A stretch of 64,000 nt of DNA from Bacillota bacterium (GTDB lineage: Bacteria; Planctomycetota; UBA8108; UBA1146). The stretch is taken from positions 4,519 to 68,518 of the forward strand of contig QNYK01000010.1 in NCBI GenBank assembly GCA_003973385.1, in the 5' to 3' direction. Shown here piece after piece: positions 1-13,452 of this stretch. Position 1 is the stretch's first letter. Every line of letters starts with the position of its first letter. The notes beneath the pieces were generated by a model. The model made no database searches and was not told the origin of the DNA. It saw only the letters and a list, made by a program, of their open reading frames with translations. The position numbers and the translations under genes are program-made.

Positions 1-2018
<2,018 letters not shown>

Positions 2019-2193
2019 ACTATTTCTCGTTTGCACCGCAAATCAATCACGCCCTGCACCGGGGAAGCCGGCACATGGCACAATCGAACGGCGCGCACGG
2101 GTCTCCTGTGATCCGGAGATTGTTTATGCGCTCTCGAGTTGAATCGAATTGCAGAGCATGTCGCTCACATTAATTATTGACCAACCACCGAAT

Positions 2194-2206
2194 TTTCAAA
2201 GAACAG
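2194..2206 (-). promoter_or_regulatory. rrn spacer boxA antitermination element
   Basis: Minus strand TGTTCTTTGAAAA just downstream of tRNA-Ala and upstream of 23S, the canonical position. Confidence 0.7.
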
Positions 2207-2215
2207 ACCTCAAAA

Positions 2216-2288
2216 TGGAGATGAGGGGGATCGAACCCCTAACCTCTGCCTTGCAAAGGCAGCGCTCTCCCGATTGAGCTACATCCCC
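2216..2288 (-). tRNA. tRNA-Ala(TGC), CCA not encoded
   Basis: GGGGATGTAGCTCAATCGGGAGAGCGCTGCCTTTGCAAGGCAGAGGTTAGGGGTTCGATCCCCCTCATCTCCA; G3:U70 identity pair. Confidence 0.97.
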
Positions 2289-2358
2289 TATTTCAGGTCA
2301 CCATCACGACATGAACAGAACTGCCAGGCAGTCCAGATTCACGAGAGGGTCGAGCGAA

Positions 2359-2432
2359 TGGGCTTAGGTGGACTCGAACCACCGACCTCATCCTTATCAG
2401 GGATGCGCTCTAACCAGCTGAGCTATAAGCCC
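2359..2432 (-). tRNA. tRNA-Ile(GAT), CCA not encoded
   Basis: GGGCTTATAGCTCAGCTGGTTAGAGCGCATCCCTGATAAGGATGAGGTCGGTGGTTCGAGTCCACCTAAGCCCA in the 16S-23S spacer. Confidence 0.97.
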
Positions 2433-2564
2433 CTGGAATCACGCACGACAGATGTCCTGAATGGACCCGTGAATGGTAACCGGATCTAAAGATGGGCCCG
2501 CAACTGAAAGAAAGTCCCCAAGCGTTCCACTGGATGGTCACCCATCACAGCGGTCCAAGTTATC

Positions 2565-4105
<1,541 letters not shown>

Positions 4106-4296
4106 AGTTTTATTCTGGCATACCGACAGTTCATCCAGTGAACCCGCACAAAGGCGAGAACAAGGGACACCCAGCCGGCGTGTCGCGTCACTAGTTAATT
4201 ACACTATTGTCAATTCACTGAACTCGCGTTCAGGTCAGTTGCACACCACACCCGGGGAGGCATGGCATGCGACCTTCTTCGCGTCACGGGCCCGAA

Positions 4297-4309
4297 ATTT
4301 CAAAGAGCA
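4297..4309 (-). promoter_or_regulatory. rrn leader boxA
   Basis: Minus strand TGCTCTTTGAAAT about 200 nt upstream of 16S. Confidence 0.75.
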
Positions 4310-4452
4310 ATCTCGTAGTTCGTTACGGGACGAAAGTCCTCAGGCGACCCATCAAACAACACAAATCCATGCGCCGGTCGAGAAGCTCTCGCTCCGGTCT
4401 GGTCTGGAGTTGCCTGGGAGTGTCCCGAAGGGCGAACCACGAGCAGACCGGG

Positions 4453-4510
4453 ATCCTACATATCGGATCGGTAACATCAACAGCGAATTGTCATTTTCTA
4501 TCAAATACAA
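4453..4510 (-). promoter_or_regulatory. Putative sigma70-type rRNA promoter
   Basis: Minus strand: -35 TTGATG (4480-4475), 16-nt spacer, -10 TAGGAT (4458-4453), GC-rich discriminator CCCGGTC, and an AT-rich UP-like tract upstream. Confidence 0.5.
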
Positions 4511-4546
4511 CCCCGCTGCAATTGGGGAGTTGGATCAATTGAAGGC

Positions 4547-5395
4547 TCAGCCGGAGGTGGGCGCTGAGGCGGCGTTCTGATCCGGGGCGGCGGCCTTCCG
4601 ATTCGGGGCCGAGAGCCATAACCAGGCCCCCAGTAGCAGTGCCGGGATAGAGGCTATCTGGGCCACCGTCCATTCTCCCGGGGCCGTGCCGTGATCGGAC
4701 CGAATCGTCTCGATGAGGGCTCTTCCGACGGCATACAGGCACAGAAAGACGCTGAAGGTACGCCCCGGCCGCGCCGCCAGCCTCGATCCAGCGTGCCACA
4801 GCAAGATGGCGAGGGCCGCCCCCATCAGAGAGGAATAGATCTGTGTCGGATGCAGTGTCGGACTCGGCAGACTGCCATCGCCGTGGTCGAGGGAAGGGGG
4901 GCTGCCAGGGGGGAAAATAGCCCCCACCGGCCAGTCCTCGGGGCAAACAGCACCCCAGCAACAGCCGTTGAGAAAACAACCGAGTCGCCCGAAGGCGATG
5001 CCGATCGCCAGCGCCGGCGCGATCAGGTCAAGCAGGTCGCGCCAGGGTCCGTAGTTTCGCCACCTCTGCATCAGGGCGAAGCCGAGCAGTCCTCCGCCGA
5101 TGGCTCCATAGAGAACCAGCCCACCTCGCCACAGACGAAACGTCTCGAACCAATCGCCACTGGCGTAGACCTGCTCGCGGAACTGTATCAGGTACCAGGC
5201 TCTTCCCCCGATGATTCCGAACAAGACCAGCACCACGGTCAGATCGGAAAGGGAATCGGGGTTCAGATCTCGGCGCCTGGCTCCGCGACGAAGAATCCAC
5301 AGGCCGGACAGGACTCCGAGCAGCACCATCGCTCCGTATCCAAATACGGGGAAGTCACCAAAGGGGGTCGGGATGCGAAACAGTTCTCGAAGCAG
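4547..5395 (-). CDS. lgt: Prolipoprotein diacylglyceryl transferase
   Basis: Motifs GGLVLYG, FGRLGCFLNGCCWG, HPTQIY, GRALIETIRSD. Start placed at a CTG following AAGGAGG; an upstream ATG is an alternative. Confidence 0.92.
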   Translation of the reverse strand: MLRELFRIPTPFGDFPVFGYGAMVLLGVLSGLWILRRGARRRDLNPDSLSDLTVVLVLFGIIGGRAWYLIQFREQVYASGDWFETFRLWRGGLVLYGAIGGGLLGFALMQRWRNYGPWRDLLDLIAPALAIGIAFGRLGCFLNGCCWGAVCPEDWPVGAIFPPGSPPSLDHGDGSLPSPTLHPTQIYSSLMGAALAILLWHAGSRLAARPGRTFSVFLCLYAVGRALIETIRSDHGTAPGEWTVAQIASIPALLLGAWLWLSAPNRKAAAPDQNAASAPTSG

Positions 5396-5594
5396 GTGCT
5401 CCTCCTTTCCCCCCTGCCTAACCGAGCGACACGGCACCATCAAGAGCGAGTTCTGCAGGATGGTCCCCATCCGATGGAACGCACAGGGACTGACCGACTC
5501 GATCGGCACACGCCGGAGAAGAGTCGTGCTGGATCTTCCATGCCAACGACCACGGACTTCCGTTACCCTGTCATCTGAGAGGAGACGGTCGTAG

Positions 5595-6767
5595 ATGTTC
5601 AGCGACTCCAGTACACCGCGACGCCGGATCGCCATCCTCGGCAGCACAGGCTCGATAGGCAGCCAGGCTCTCGAGGTCATTGCAGAGTCAGGGGGCGTCC
5701 TTGTCCCGGTGCTTCTGACTTCCGGGCGCAGAGTGGCTCCGATACTCGAACTGGCGAAGGAGTTCCGACCTGAACGTCTGGTCGTGATCGATCCCGATGA
5801 AACACACCTTCTCGAAGGCGCCGGAACCGCTGAGATCAGTGTCATGGCAGGGGAACTTGCACAACTGGAATCGATCGCCGAGATGGACCTCGACCTGGTC
5901 CTCAACGGAATCACCGGCGCTGCGGGACTGCGCGCCAGCCTCGCCACCCTCGAAGCTGGAATCGATCTTGCACTGGCCAACAAGGAATCGCTGGTCACGG
6001 CCGGTGTACTGCTCCGGAGCGCGGCGAAGAAGTCCGGCGCTCGTATCATCCCTGTGGATTCGGAACATGGTGCCATCAGTCAGTGCATCACGGGTTCGAA
6101 TAGAGATTCGATCCATCGCATCATCCTGACCGCTTCAGGCGGGCCCTTTCGAGGAATGACCCGTGACCAGCTCGCGACTGTCACACCAGCGGAGGCACTG
6201 CAACATCCTACCTGGAAGATGGGGCCACGGATCAGCATCGACAGTGCCACCCTGTTCAACAAACTGCTCGAAGTCGTGGAAGCTCAGGAGTTGTTCGGGA
6301 TGCCTCGAGGGGGCATCGAAGTCGTGATCCATCCTCAGTCGATTGTCCACGCCATCGTCGAATTCCAGGATGGGAGTAGCATCGCACATCTTGGCGAGCC
6401 TGACATGAAGGTGCCGATCCGCGATGCCCTGCACCGGGGGCAGCGAGCGCCAGGGAGATTCCAGCCTCTCGATCTGATCGGCCACGGGACGTTGAGTTTC
6501 GAGGCGATCGATGGGGCTACATTTCCGGCACTGGAGATCGGCAAGGTGGTCCTGGACAACCCGGGAACCACCCTGGGGGCAGTTCTCAACGCCGCGGACG
6601 AGGAAGCGGTCGCAGCATTCCTATCGGGTAGTGTAGGATTCCTGCAGATCTACGAACTCGTGGAGAGGGCGCTCGGAGAGCACCAGCCACACCGGGTAGA
6701 AAATCTCGAACAAGTCATCGAAGCGGACCACGTCACCCGCGAACAGGTCAGGAGCTGGAACCCTTGA
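5595..6767 (+). CDS. dxr: 1-deoxy-D-xylulose 5-phosphate reductoisomerase
   Basis: ILGSTGSIG, LALANKESL, PVDSEHGAI, LTASGGPFR, HPTWKMGPRISIDSAT, HPQSIVH. Confidence 0.97.
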   Translation: MFSDSSTPRRRIAILGSTGSIGSQALEVIAESGGVLVPVLLTSGRRVAPILELAKEFRPERLVVIDPDETHLLEGAGTAEISVMAGELAQLESIAEMDLDLVLNGITGAAGLRASLATLEAGIDLALANKESLVTAGVLLRSAAKKSGARIIPVDSEHGAISQCITGSNRDSIHRIILTASGGPFRGMTRDQLATVTPAEALQHPTWKMGPRISIDSATLFNKLLEVVEAQELFGMPRGGIEVVIHPQSIVHAIVEFQDGSSIAHLGEPDMKVPIRDALHRGQRAPGRFQPLDLIGHGTLSFEAIDGATFPALEIGKVVLDNPGTTLGAVLNAADEEAVAAFLSGSVGFLQIYELVERALGEHQPHRVENLEQVIEADHVTREQVRSWNP

Positions 6768-8857
6768 ATCTCTTGCTGGCCATCCTAGGCATCGGCTTTC
6801 TCATCTTTGTCCATGAACTGGGGCACTTTCTTGCCGCCAAGTTCGTGGGAGTCCGTGTCGATACTTTCGCCGTTGGATTTCAACCGACCATCTTTGGTTG
6901 GAAGGCCCGGTTGCTCGCCTTCAAGTATGGCGAAACAGAATATGTCATCGGCCTGGTGCCACTCGGTGGCTATGTCAAGATGGCTGGCGAAGAACCTGGC
7001 GGGGAGCGAACGGACTCCGACGACGAGTTCCATAAAAAGCCGATTCCCGGTCGACTGCTGATCCTTGTCGCCGGAGCGACCATGAACCTGATCTTCGGCT
7101 TCTTGCTCTTCATCCTCGCATTCACAGTGGGAGTCAAACAGCAAGCTCCAGTGGTCGGATCTGCAACTGCGCAGGGTCCAGCATGGACTGCAGGCGTCCA
7201 ATCCGGAGACCTGATCAAGAAGGTCAATGGTGAAGCCTGGAACGACTATTCCAATGTCGCCACCGCCATTGCTCTTTCGGGTGGGTCGAAGCCGGTCACC
7301 TTGACCATCAAACGCGACGAATACATTCGCCAGTTTTCCATCGACCCGAGCTGGGATTCAGATGCGGGCCGTTATCGCATCGGTATCGTCCCTGCCATCT
7401 CGGACCTGATCGTATCCGTCGCTCCTGACAGCCTCGCAGAAGGAGTCGGATTGCAAGCCGGGGATCGGTTACGGGGCGCTCGCCTTTCGATACCAGAATT
7501 GAATGTCACCGCTTCCATCGCTTCAGGACTTTCCCCTGATCGAACCCTCTACAGTCTCTGGACCCTCAGAAACGCCACTGTCAGCGGCAAGCTGAGCCTG
7601 GATATTCTCAGAGGGGATGAATCGCTGGTGGCCACCATCGACCTCACCCCACCTGCAACCACCGATGAGTCTGTTTCACCACAATCCAGTCGAGGAATAG
7701 GGGTGCTACCCCGATCTCGAACGGTGATGGCGATCCAGCCAGGATCCGCAGCCGCGGATCTGTTCCGGGTCGGCGAAGAGATCGTCTCGATACGAAATCT
7801 GGAGACCCAGGAGACCCAGTCGGTCGAGATCTTCGATCTCCTCACCATCGGAATGGTTGCCGGCGACTCGGATGCTGAACTGTTGCTGACCTCTCGCGAT
7901 ATGAAAAACACAGCCAGGGTGAATGCCGAACAACTTCGTAGATGGCTCGACGAAGAACTGCTGATCGGCTCCGGGACACGCACAGTGGTACAGGTCGGAG
8001 ATGAGGCTCGCCAACTTGGCATCGATGTCGGTGCAGAGATACTCGCCATCGGTGGCCAACCCGTCGGTGCCGGAGATTATATCGACGAGGAATTCACCGA
8101 GGGAACAGAGATCCGCTGGATCGATGCAGCCAATAATCCCGCCGTTCATGAGAGCGCTCTTTTCAGGAAGAACTCTCCCCCTCTCGGACTTGTACTGGGG
8201 ACCCCTGCTCGAATCGGTCGAGTTTTGTTCGGATCTCCTGCGCAGGAAGCAGGTCTCACGGGCGGTTGCACCATCGATGATGTCAACGGCATCCGAATCG
8301 ATCACTGGAGTGACCTGGTCGGCGCCATAGACTCTGACGACAAGTCTTCGGAAATCACCTTCACCGATCCATCCGGTCAGCAGCGTCAGATGAGCTTGAC
8401 CGCAAGGACATTGATGGAACCGCTGGGCATCATGATGTCAGCACTTCAATTCACGGAGAAGCACGCCATTACCGAGGCAGTGGTTCAGGGCGCTCGCCAA
8501 TCATGGATCTGGGGCGGTCGAATCTTCCTCACCCTCAAGGCACTCTTCTCAGGTGATGTTCATAGCAAGAACCTCAATGGGCCCGTCGGCATCGTAGACC
8601 TGGGTCGAAAGGTCTCGGAGGTGGGTCTCGGTAACCTGTTTTTCCTGCTCGCCCTGATCAGTATCAATCTGGGCGTCTTCAATCTGCTGCCCTTTCCGAT
8701 CCTCGATGGTGGGCACATTTTCTTCCTCACCATCGAAGGGATCCGGGGTCGGCCGGTTCCGGAGCGCATCCAGCAGTCCGTCCACATGGTGGCCTTTCTG
8801 CTGCTGATTTCACTGGCCCTGTTTGTCACCTACAACGATCTGTTGCGGCTCAGGTGA
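6764..8857 (+). CDS. rseP: RseP/RIP site-2 metalloprotease (M50) with several PDZ domains
   Basis: HELGH, PLGGYVKM, NLLPFPILDGG; PDZ-like repeats; canonical position after dxr. Confidence 0.93.
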   Translation: MNLLLAILGIGFLIFVHELGHFLAAKFVGVRVDTFAVGFQPTIFGWKARLLAFKYGETEYVIGLVPLGGYVKMAGEEPGGERTDSDDEFHKKPIPGRLLILVAGATMNLIFGFLLFILAFTVGVKQQAPVVGSATAQGPAWTAGVQSGDLIKKVNGEAWNDYSNVATAIALSGGSKPVTLTIKRDEYIRQFSIDPSWDSDAGRYRIGIVPAISDLIVSVAPDSLAEGVGLQAGDRLRGARLSIPELNVTASIASGLSPDRTLYSLWTLRNATVSGKLSLDILRGDESLVATIDLTPPATTDESVSPQSSRGIGVLPRSRTVMAIQPGSAAADLFRVGEEIVSIRNLETQETQSVEIFDLLTIGMVAGDSDAELLLTSRDMKNTARVNAEQLRRWLDEELLIGSGTRTVVQVGDEARQLGIDVGAEILAIGGQPVGAGDYIDEEFTEGTEIRWIDAANNPAVHESALFRKNSPPLGLVLGTPARIGRVLFGSPAQEAGLTGGCTIDDVNGIRIDHWSDLVGAIDSDDKSSEITFTDPSGQQRQMSLTARTLMEPLGIMMSALQFTEKHAITEAVVQGARQSWIWGGRIFLTLKALFSGDVHSKNLNGPVGIVDLGRKVSEVGLGNLFFLLALISINLGVFNLLPFPILDGGHIFFLTIEGIRGRPVPERIQQSVHMVAFLLLISLALFVTYNDLLRLR

Positions 8858-9720
8858 ACCCCTGGCTGCGTTTTTTCAGGCTCCGACTCGCTCCCACTGC
8901 GCTCTCAAATGTCATCGCTGGTGCGGCACTCGGAGGGTGGCGACTGAACACCACCGAGTGGCTGATCCTGCTCGGCTGGACCCTGGCACTCTACATGGTG
9001 GGGATGGCATTCAACGATGTCGTCGATCGGGACAAGGATGCCCGCAACGCTCCGCATCGACCGCTTCCCGCGGGTGAGATTTCGGTCGCCAAGGCGCACA
9101 TTTCCCTGATCCTGCTGGCGGTCCCCGTGGTGTTGCTATTGATCGGGATGCCCACCGATGCTCGCCTGTACGCAGTCGCCGCCATCGTTTGCGTGCTTCT
9201 CTACAATCTCGCTTTCAAGGAAGTTCCGGTTCTAGGGGCTGCTGTGATGGGCACTGTTCGATTCTGTATCGTGATGGTCGGTGCCAGTTTTGCTGGCCCA
9301 GCCATGAACGCTCTTCCACTCGCGCTCGATGTCTTGTTTTTCACCACTGCGGTCACCTACTACTCGCAGGAGGAAGAGAGGGGCCGGCCAGGAGTACTCA
9401 GATTGCGCTTCTTGCTCACCTGCATCGTCGCTTTCGCTTCCTACACGATCATCGACGCCCCCTCACCGATGCCACTGGCGATGACGTTTCTGCTGCTGTG
9501 CTGGCTATTCGGAGTGGCTTCGCCCAGGCCTGGAAAACCAGCGAGCCACACCACTTTCTCGATGTTGCTGGCACTGCCCTTGCTTGATCTGCGAGCCACC
9601 ATTACCTACCCTCAGGCGATGGTCCCCGTGCTCGTTGTGCTGGCGTGGCTCTCGCTCTGTCCCTGGACCATCTTTCGATCGGGCGCTGCCGCCATGACAC
9701 CACCAAGGAGGTCTGGATGA
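8854..9720 (+). CDS. UbiA-family prenyltransferase (EboC-like)
   Basis: Multi-TM protein with GMAFNDVVDRDKDARNAPHRPLPAG (NDxxDxxxD...RP motif). Confidence 0.8.
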   Translation: MNPWLRFFRLRLAPTALSNVIAGAALGGWRLNTTEWLILLGWTLALYMVGMAFNDVVDRDKDARNAPHRPLPAGEISVAKAHISLILLAVPVVLLLIGMPTDARLYAVAAIVCVLLYNLAFKEVPVLGAAVMGTVRFCIVMVGASFAGPAMNALPLALDVLFFTTAVTYYSQEEERGRPGVLRLRFLLTCIVAFASYTIIDAPSPMPLAMTFLLLCWLFGVASPRPGKPASHTTFSMLLALPLLDLRATITYPQAMVPVLVVLAWLSLCPWTIFRSGAAAMTPPRRSG

Positions 9721-11024
9721 AGATCGTGGTCATCGGTTCCGGAGGTCGTGAACACGCCATCTGTCTTCAACTCGCCCGCTCTGCCAGAGTGCAACAGGTC
9801 ATCTGTTGCCCTGGAAATCCTGGAACGGCACCTCTGGGTCCACGCTGGCAGGACATCGATCCGATCCGTGAACCCGCTGGCTTCATCCAGCGCTGCATCG
9901 ATGCACGGATCGACCATGTCGTCGTCGGGCCGGAAGCACCGCTGGTGGCAGGTGTCGCCGATCGCATCCGGGAAGCGGGCATCCCATGCTTCGGACCCGG
10001 AGCTGCAGCGGCCCAGCTCGAGGGCTCGAAGGCTCACTCGAAGGACTTCATGCACAGGCATCAGATCCCGACCAGTGCCTATCGAACGATCGATGGCGTC
10101 GAAGACCTCGATGCTGCCCTCGACGCACTGCCACAGCAGGTGGTCGTCAAGGCCAGTGGTCTCGCTGCAGGTAAAGGTGTCATCGTCTGCGACGATCGCT
10201 CCCAGGCGCACCGAGCCGCCAGTGAAATGCTGTCCGGGGCTGCCTTCGGTGATAGTGGCAAGACGGTGGTGATCGAGCAGCGCATCTTCGGTCCCGAGGT
10301 CTCCGTCCTGATCGTGGTGAAAGGTACCGACTACCTGTTGCTTCCTACAGCACAGGACCACAAGCCATTGCTCGATGGCAACCATGGGCCCAACACGGGA
10401 GGCATGGGAGCATTTTGCCCGGGCACCATCGTCGGACCGGGCGAATTGAAGGAAATCCAGACCCAGATCATCGAACCCACACTCGAAGGTCTTGTCGCCG
10501 ATGGCGTCGAGTACTCCGGAATCCTGTATGTCGGCCTGATGATGACAGATTCCGGTCCCAGGGTACTGGAATACAACTGCCGTCTGGGCGACCCGGAAAC
10601 GCAGCCGGTCCTGATGCGAATGAAGAGCGATTTCGTGGAGATTCTCGAAGCCACGGCGGGAGACGGTCCCTCCGCTGTTTCAGTCGAATGGGATTCTCGC
10701 ACTGCTTTGTGCCTGGTGCTGGCTTCCGACGGTTACCCGACGTCTCCGGCCAAGGGCCAGGTCATCGAAGGCGAGATCTACAGTTCCGTCGATGACGACA
10801 TCCAGGTATTCCATGCTGGAACCGCGGATGGAGATGCAGGAAGTTGTCTCGTGTCGGGAGGACGGGTCCTCGGAGTCACTGCACTGGCGGATTCCCTGGA
10901 AGAAGCGAGGAAGCAGGCCTACGAAAGAGCATCCAGGATCCAGTTCGATGGAAAATTCTGTCGAGGAGATATTGGAACCTATCAAGAGATTCACGACAAA
11001 AGCGAGACGCTGGAGCAACAGTAG
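9717..11024 (+). CDS. purD: Phosphoribosylamine-glycine ligase
   Basis: MKIVVIGSGGREHA, VGPEAPL, KASGLAAGKGV, GPNTGGMG, EYNCRLGDPETQ; ATG at 9717 overlaps the upstream stop. Confidence 0.97.
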   Translation: MKIVVIGSGGREHAICLQLARSARVQQVICCPGNPGTAPLGPRWQDIDPIREPAGFIQRCIDARIDHVVVGPEAPLVAGVADRIREAGIPCFGPGAAAAQLEGSKAHSKDFMHRHQIPTSAYRTIDGVEDLDAALDALPQQVVVKASGLAAGKGVIVCDDRSQAHRAASEMLSGAAFGDSGKTVVIEQRIFGPEVSVLIVVKGTDYLLLPTAQDHKPLLDGNHGPNTGGMGAFCPGTIVGPGELKEIQTQIIEPTLEGLVADGVEYSGILYVGLMMTDSGPRVLEYNCRLGDPETQPVLMRMKSDFVEILEATAGDGPSAVSVEWDSRTALCLVLASDGYPTSPAKGQVIEGEIYSSVDDDIQVFHAGTADGDAGSCLVSGGRVLGVTALADSLEEARKQAYERASRIQFDGKFCRGDIGTYQEIHDKSETLEQQ

Positions 11025-11135
11025 CCTGCTGGCATCGACTCGAGAGCGTCAATTATCCGCGTCTCTCTGGTGCTTGAGAGATCCCCCCACCGTGCCATCC
11101 AGCCAGCTCACGCGGAATTCTTGCTGCTCGGCTGG

Positions 11136-11474
11136 TCAATCCTGGCCGATCGAGGAGGATTCTCCGGCTCCCAGATCCGAGGATATTTCAGTGTCTTCAT
11201 CGGCATCAAAGGTCCTGCGAAGAAACTGCCGCACCGGGCGAAAGACCGCCCCCAGCATCGCATAACGGTGCCCGGAATCCAGTCCGGCATCGATACGCGG
11301 GACCAGCCCCAGGGAATCATCGTGGCCAGTTTTTTCCCCGAACACGGGAGTCAGCAACAGCCCATCCTGATCCTCCGCCTGCGGTCTCTGAACCTGCACC
11401 AGAACAGACCGGTTCGCGACGATGCGAGCACGCGCCTGATCACCGGTAGAGGCCTCGGAACCGAAATCAGTCAT
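11136..11474 (-). CDS. Small hypothetical protein
   Basis: 112-aa ORF whose ATG overlaps the upstream stop (ATGA); no motif recognised. Confidence 0.4.
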   Translation of the reverse strand: MTDFGSEASTGDQARARIVANRSVLVQVQRPQAEDQDGLLLTPVFGEKTGHDDSLGLVPRIDAGLDSGHRYAMLGAVFRPVRQFLRRTFDADEDTEISSDLGAGESSSIGQD

Positions 11475-12421
11475 GTGGATAATTTCGACATTTCAATCTT
11501 CTGACTCTCGCACAATCGTTCCACGGTTTTCTGGAGATTGGTGAGCCTGGTAGACCGGCAATTGATGTCGATCTTGGCTGGACTCAGATCATCAGGATCT
11601 GGACTCAGACCCAGTTCTCCGTAGAGGCTTCTCGACCTGTCAAACGACCGCTTTGCCACTGCATTGATGATCTCTACCAGGTACTTCATGTCGCGCGAGT
11701 GAGGCAACATGGTCAGCGTTTTTCTGGCTTCCTTGATCTCGCCCTGCAACTTCCTGATCGGATCTCTCACATCTTTCTTACAGAAGGCTTGCCAGCTCTT
11801 CGGATCGAACTTGCCGCCCTTCTGAAACCGGGCCCCATCGATGGACGCAGTGCGACCATCCTCGAATGCCCGCTGATGTTTCAAACTATCGCGGATCTTC
11901 GCCAGAAAAAACTCCTGCGCCTCTCCACGCACACGCTCGATGTCCTTGGCACTACCGAGGTCAAACTTGTTCTTCCAGAAGGATTGCTTCCAGGGAGCGG
12001 TGTCGACCGGGTACTTGGCCGGGTCCTTCTCCATGGCAATTTGAACCTCGCGCGGCTGGCTTCGGGGCCTGATCTCGGATCGTAATTGCAGACCAGAAAT
12101 CGATCCGTGCAACCCTTTCAACTCCACGACCTGGTCGATACGACGGGTGCCATCGAGTTCAACATTGAAGGAATAGACGATGTTGGTCCGCCAACGAATC
12201 TCGAATCCGATGATGGTCTTTGCCGGAAGGTCTGGAGCTTTTCCGACCAATCGCATGTGCCAGTCATCCTTCTTCTTTGTCGTCTGTATCGAGGTCAACT
12301 CGACAAATGTAGGTGGCGGCTTGGGTGGGCCAGAATCGTCCTGAGCTGGCAGCGGAGCTGCGCACAGGAGGACACTCAGCAGCGATGAGATCATCAGATG
12401 TGGCGATACTAGGACCTTCAT
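11471..12421 (-). CDS. Secreted hypothetical protein, paralog of the upstream gene
   Basis: Signal peptide ending ...AAPLPA-Q; Lys/Arg-rich; aligns by eye with 12418-13452. Confidence 0.8.
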   Translation of the reverse strand: MKVLVSPHLMISSLLSVLLCAAPLPAQDDSGPPKPPPTFVELTSIQTTKKKDDWHMRLVGKAPDLPAKTIIGFEIRWRTNIVYSFNVELDGTRRIDQVVELKGLHGSISGLQLRSEIRPRSQPREVQIAMEKDPAKYPVDTAPWKQSFWKNKFDLGSAKDIERVRGEAQEFFLAKIRDSLKHQRAFEDGRTASIDGARFQKGGKFDPKSWQAFCKKDVRDPIRKLQGEIKEARKTLTMLPHSRDMKYLVEIINAVAKRSFDRSRSLYGELGLSPDPDDLSPAKIDINCRSTRLTNLQKTVERLCESQKIEMSKLST

Positions 12422-13452
12422 CCCTGGTTCTCCTCATTCTCGGGTGCAATCCCGATCAACTTGTTGATTTTCACGACGAGGTCGTTGAGGTCTGTACTTC
12501 GCGGGACTCGGCGACCGGAACGAACCTTGATCTCGAGTTTTTCAGGTTTCACATCCCTGGCAGAAGCGGGCAGACCCTGCGAGATATAGAGTTTCTTCGA
12601 TTCGTTGGTAGTCCTCTTGCCCACTGCGACCGACAACTCGAGCAAGTAGGAGAGCGCCAATCTGTGAGCGACAAATCGGGGCTCGTTGAAACCCTTTCGA
12701 ATCTCCTCCTGATAGGTCACGAGTCTCTTGATGACCTTCTTATCCATGAATTCGCGCCACTTCTTCTCGTCGAACTCACCCTTGGAGTTGACGTATTCGG
12801 TCGCCAACTCGACCGCCTTGACACCTTTTCGGACCGTGCCGTCGATCGTGGCCATCTCCGTATACCTGCTTGTGAACCACTCTCTGGTGGTATTGAGCGA
12901 CGCCTCGATCTCTTCCTTGGTCCCGAGTAAGAACTGGTGATTGAAGTGGAATTCGGTCCATGGTGCGGCGACTGCAGGAAACAGTTCTTTTTCCTTCTCG
13001 ATGGCAGTCATCACCTTTTTTGTCTGCTTCTTGGGATCGATCACGGTTCGGAACATGTACTTGTCCGCAGTCGGTTCAAGAGGTTTCACGGCAAGCTGTT
13101 CGCGAAATCGTTTGTTGCCAGGCACTGTCATGGTGAAGGTCTGGATCAACTGACTGCGCCAGGTCAAAAGCAGGTCAATTTTCGTACCTGCCGGGATCTG
13201 TGGGGTCTTCCCCAGAACGATCAGCGTATAGCGGCCCGTCTTCTCATCCTTGGTCGCTTCGATAGCTGTGAACTCGACCAGTCGCAGATCTGTTCCCCCC
13301 GGCCCCCTGCCTTCGCCTTGTGCGAGAATCACGGCTGGCAGCCACGAGAACATCACACCCAGTATCAAACCGATCCACAGGGAACTCCTGAGAACCGGTC
13401 CCGGAATGAAGTTCTCGCTCGGAGTCATCGCAGATCTCCCTGCAGGGTTCAT
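12418..13452 (-). CDS. Secreted hypothetical protein, paralog of the downstream gene
   Basis: Signal peptide ending ...PAVILA-Q; start overlaps the upstream stop (TGATG). Confidence 0.8.
   Translation of the reverse strand: MNPAGRSAMTPSENFIPGPVLRSSLWIGLILGVMFSWLPAVILAQGEGRGPGGTDLRLVEFTAIEATKDEKTGRYTLIVLGKTPQIPAGTKIDLLLTWRSQLIQTFTMTVPGNKRFREQLAVKPLEPTADKYMFRTVIDPKKQTKKVMTAIEKEKELFPAVAAPWTEFHFNHQFLLGTKEEIEASLNTTREWFTSRYTEMATIDGTVRKGVKAVELATEYVNSKGEFDEKKWREFMDKKVIKRLVTYQEEIRKGFNEPRFVAHRLALSYLLELSVAVGKRTTNESKKLYISQGLPASARDVKPEKLEIKVRSGRRVPRSTDLNDLVVKINKLIGIAPENEENQG

Noticed and set aside
4547..6076. 509-aa extended lgt ORF
   Set aside because: The N-terminal part is antisense to dxr; Lgt similarity begins near 5395.
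6764..8857. Unusually long RseP as a novelty
   Set aside because: Extra PDZ domains explain the length; this is a known variation.
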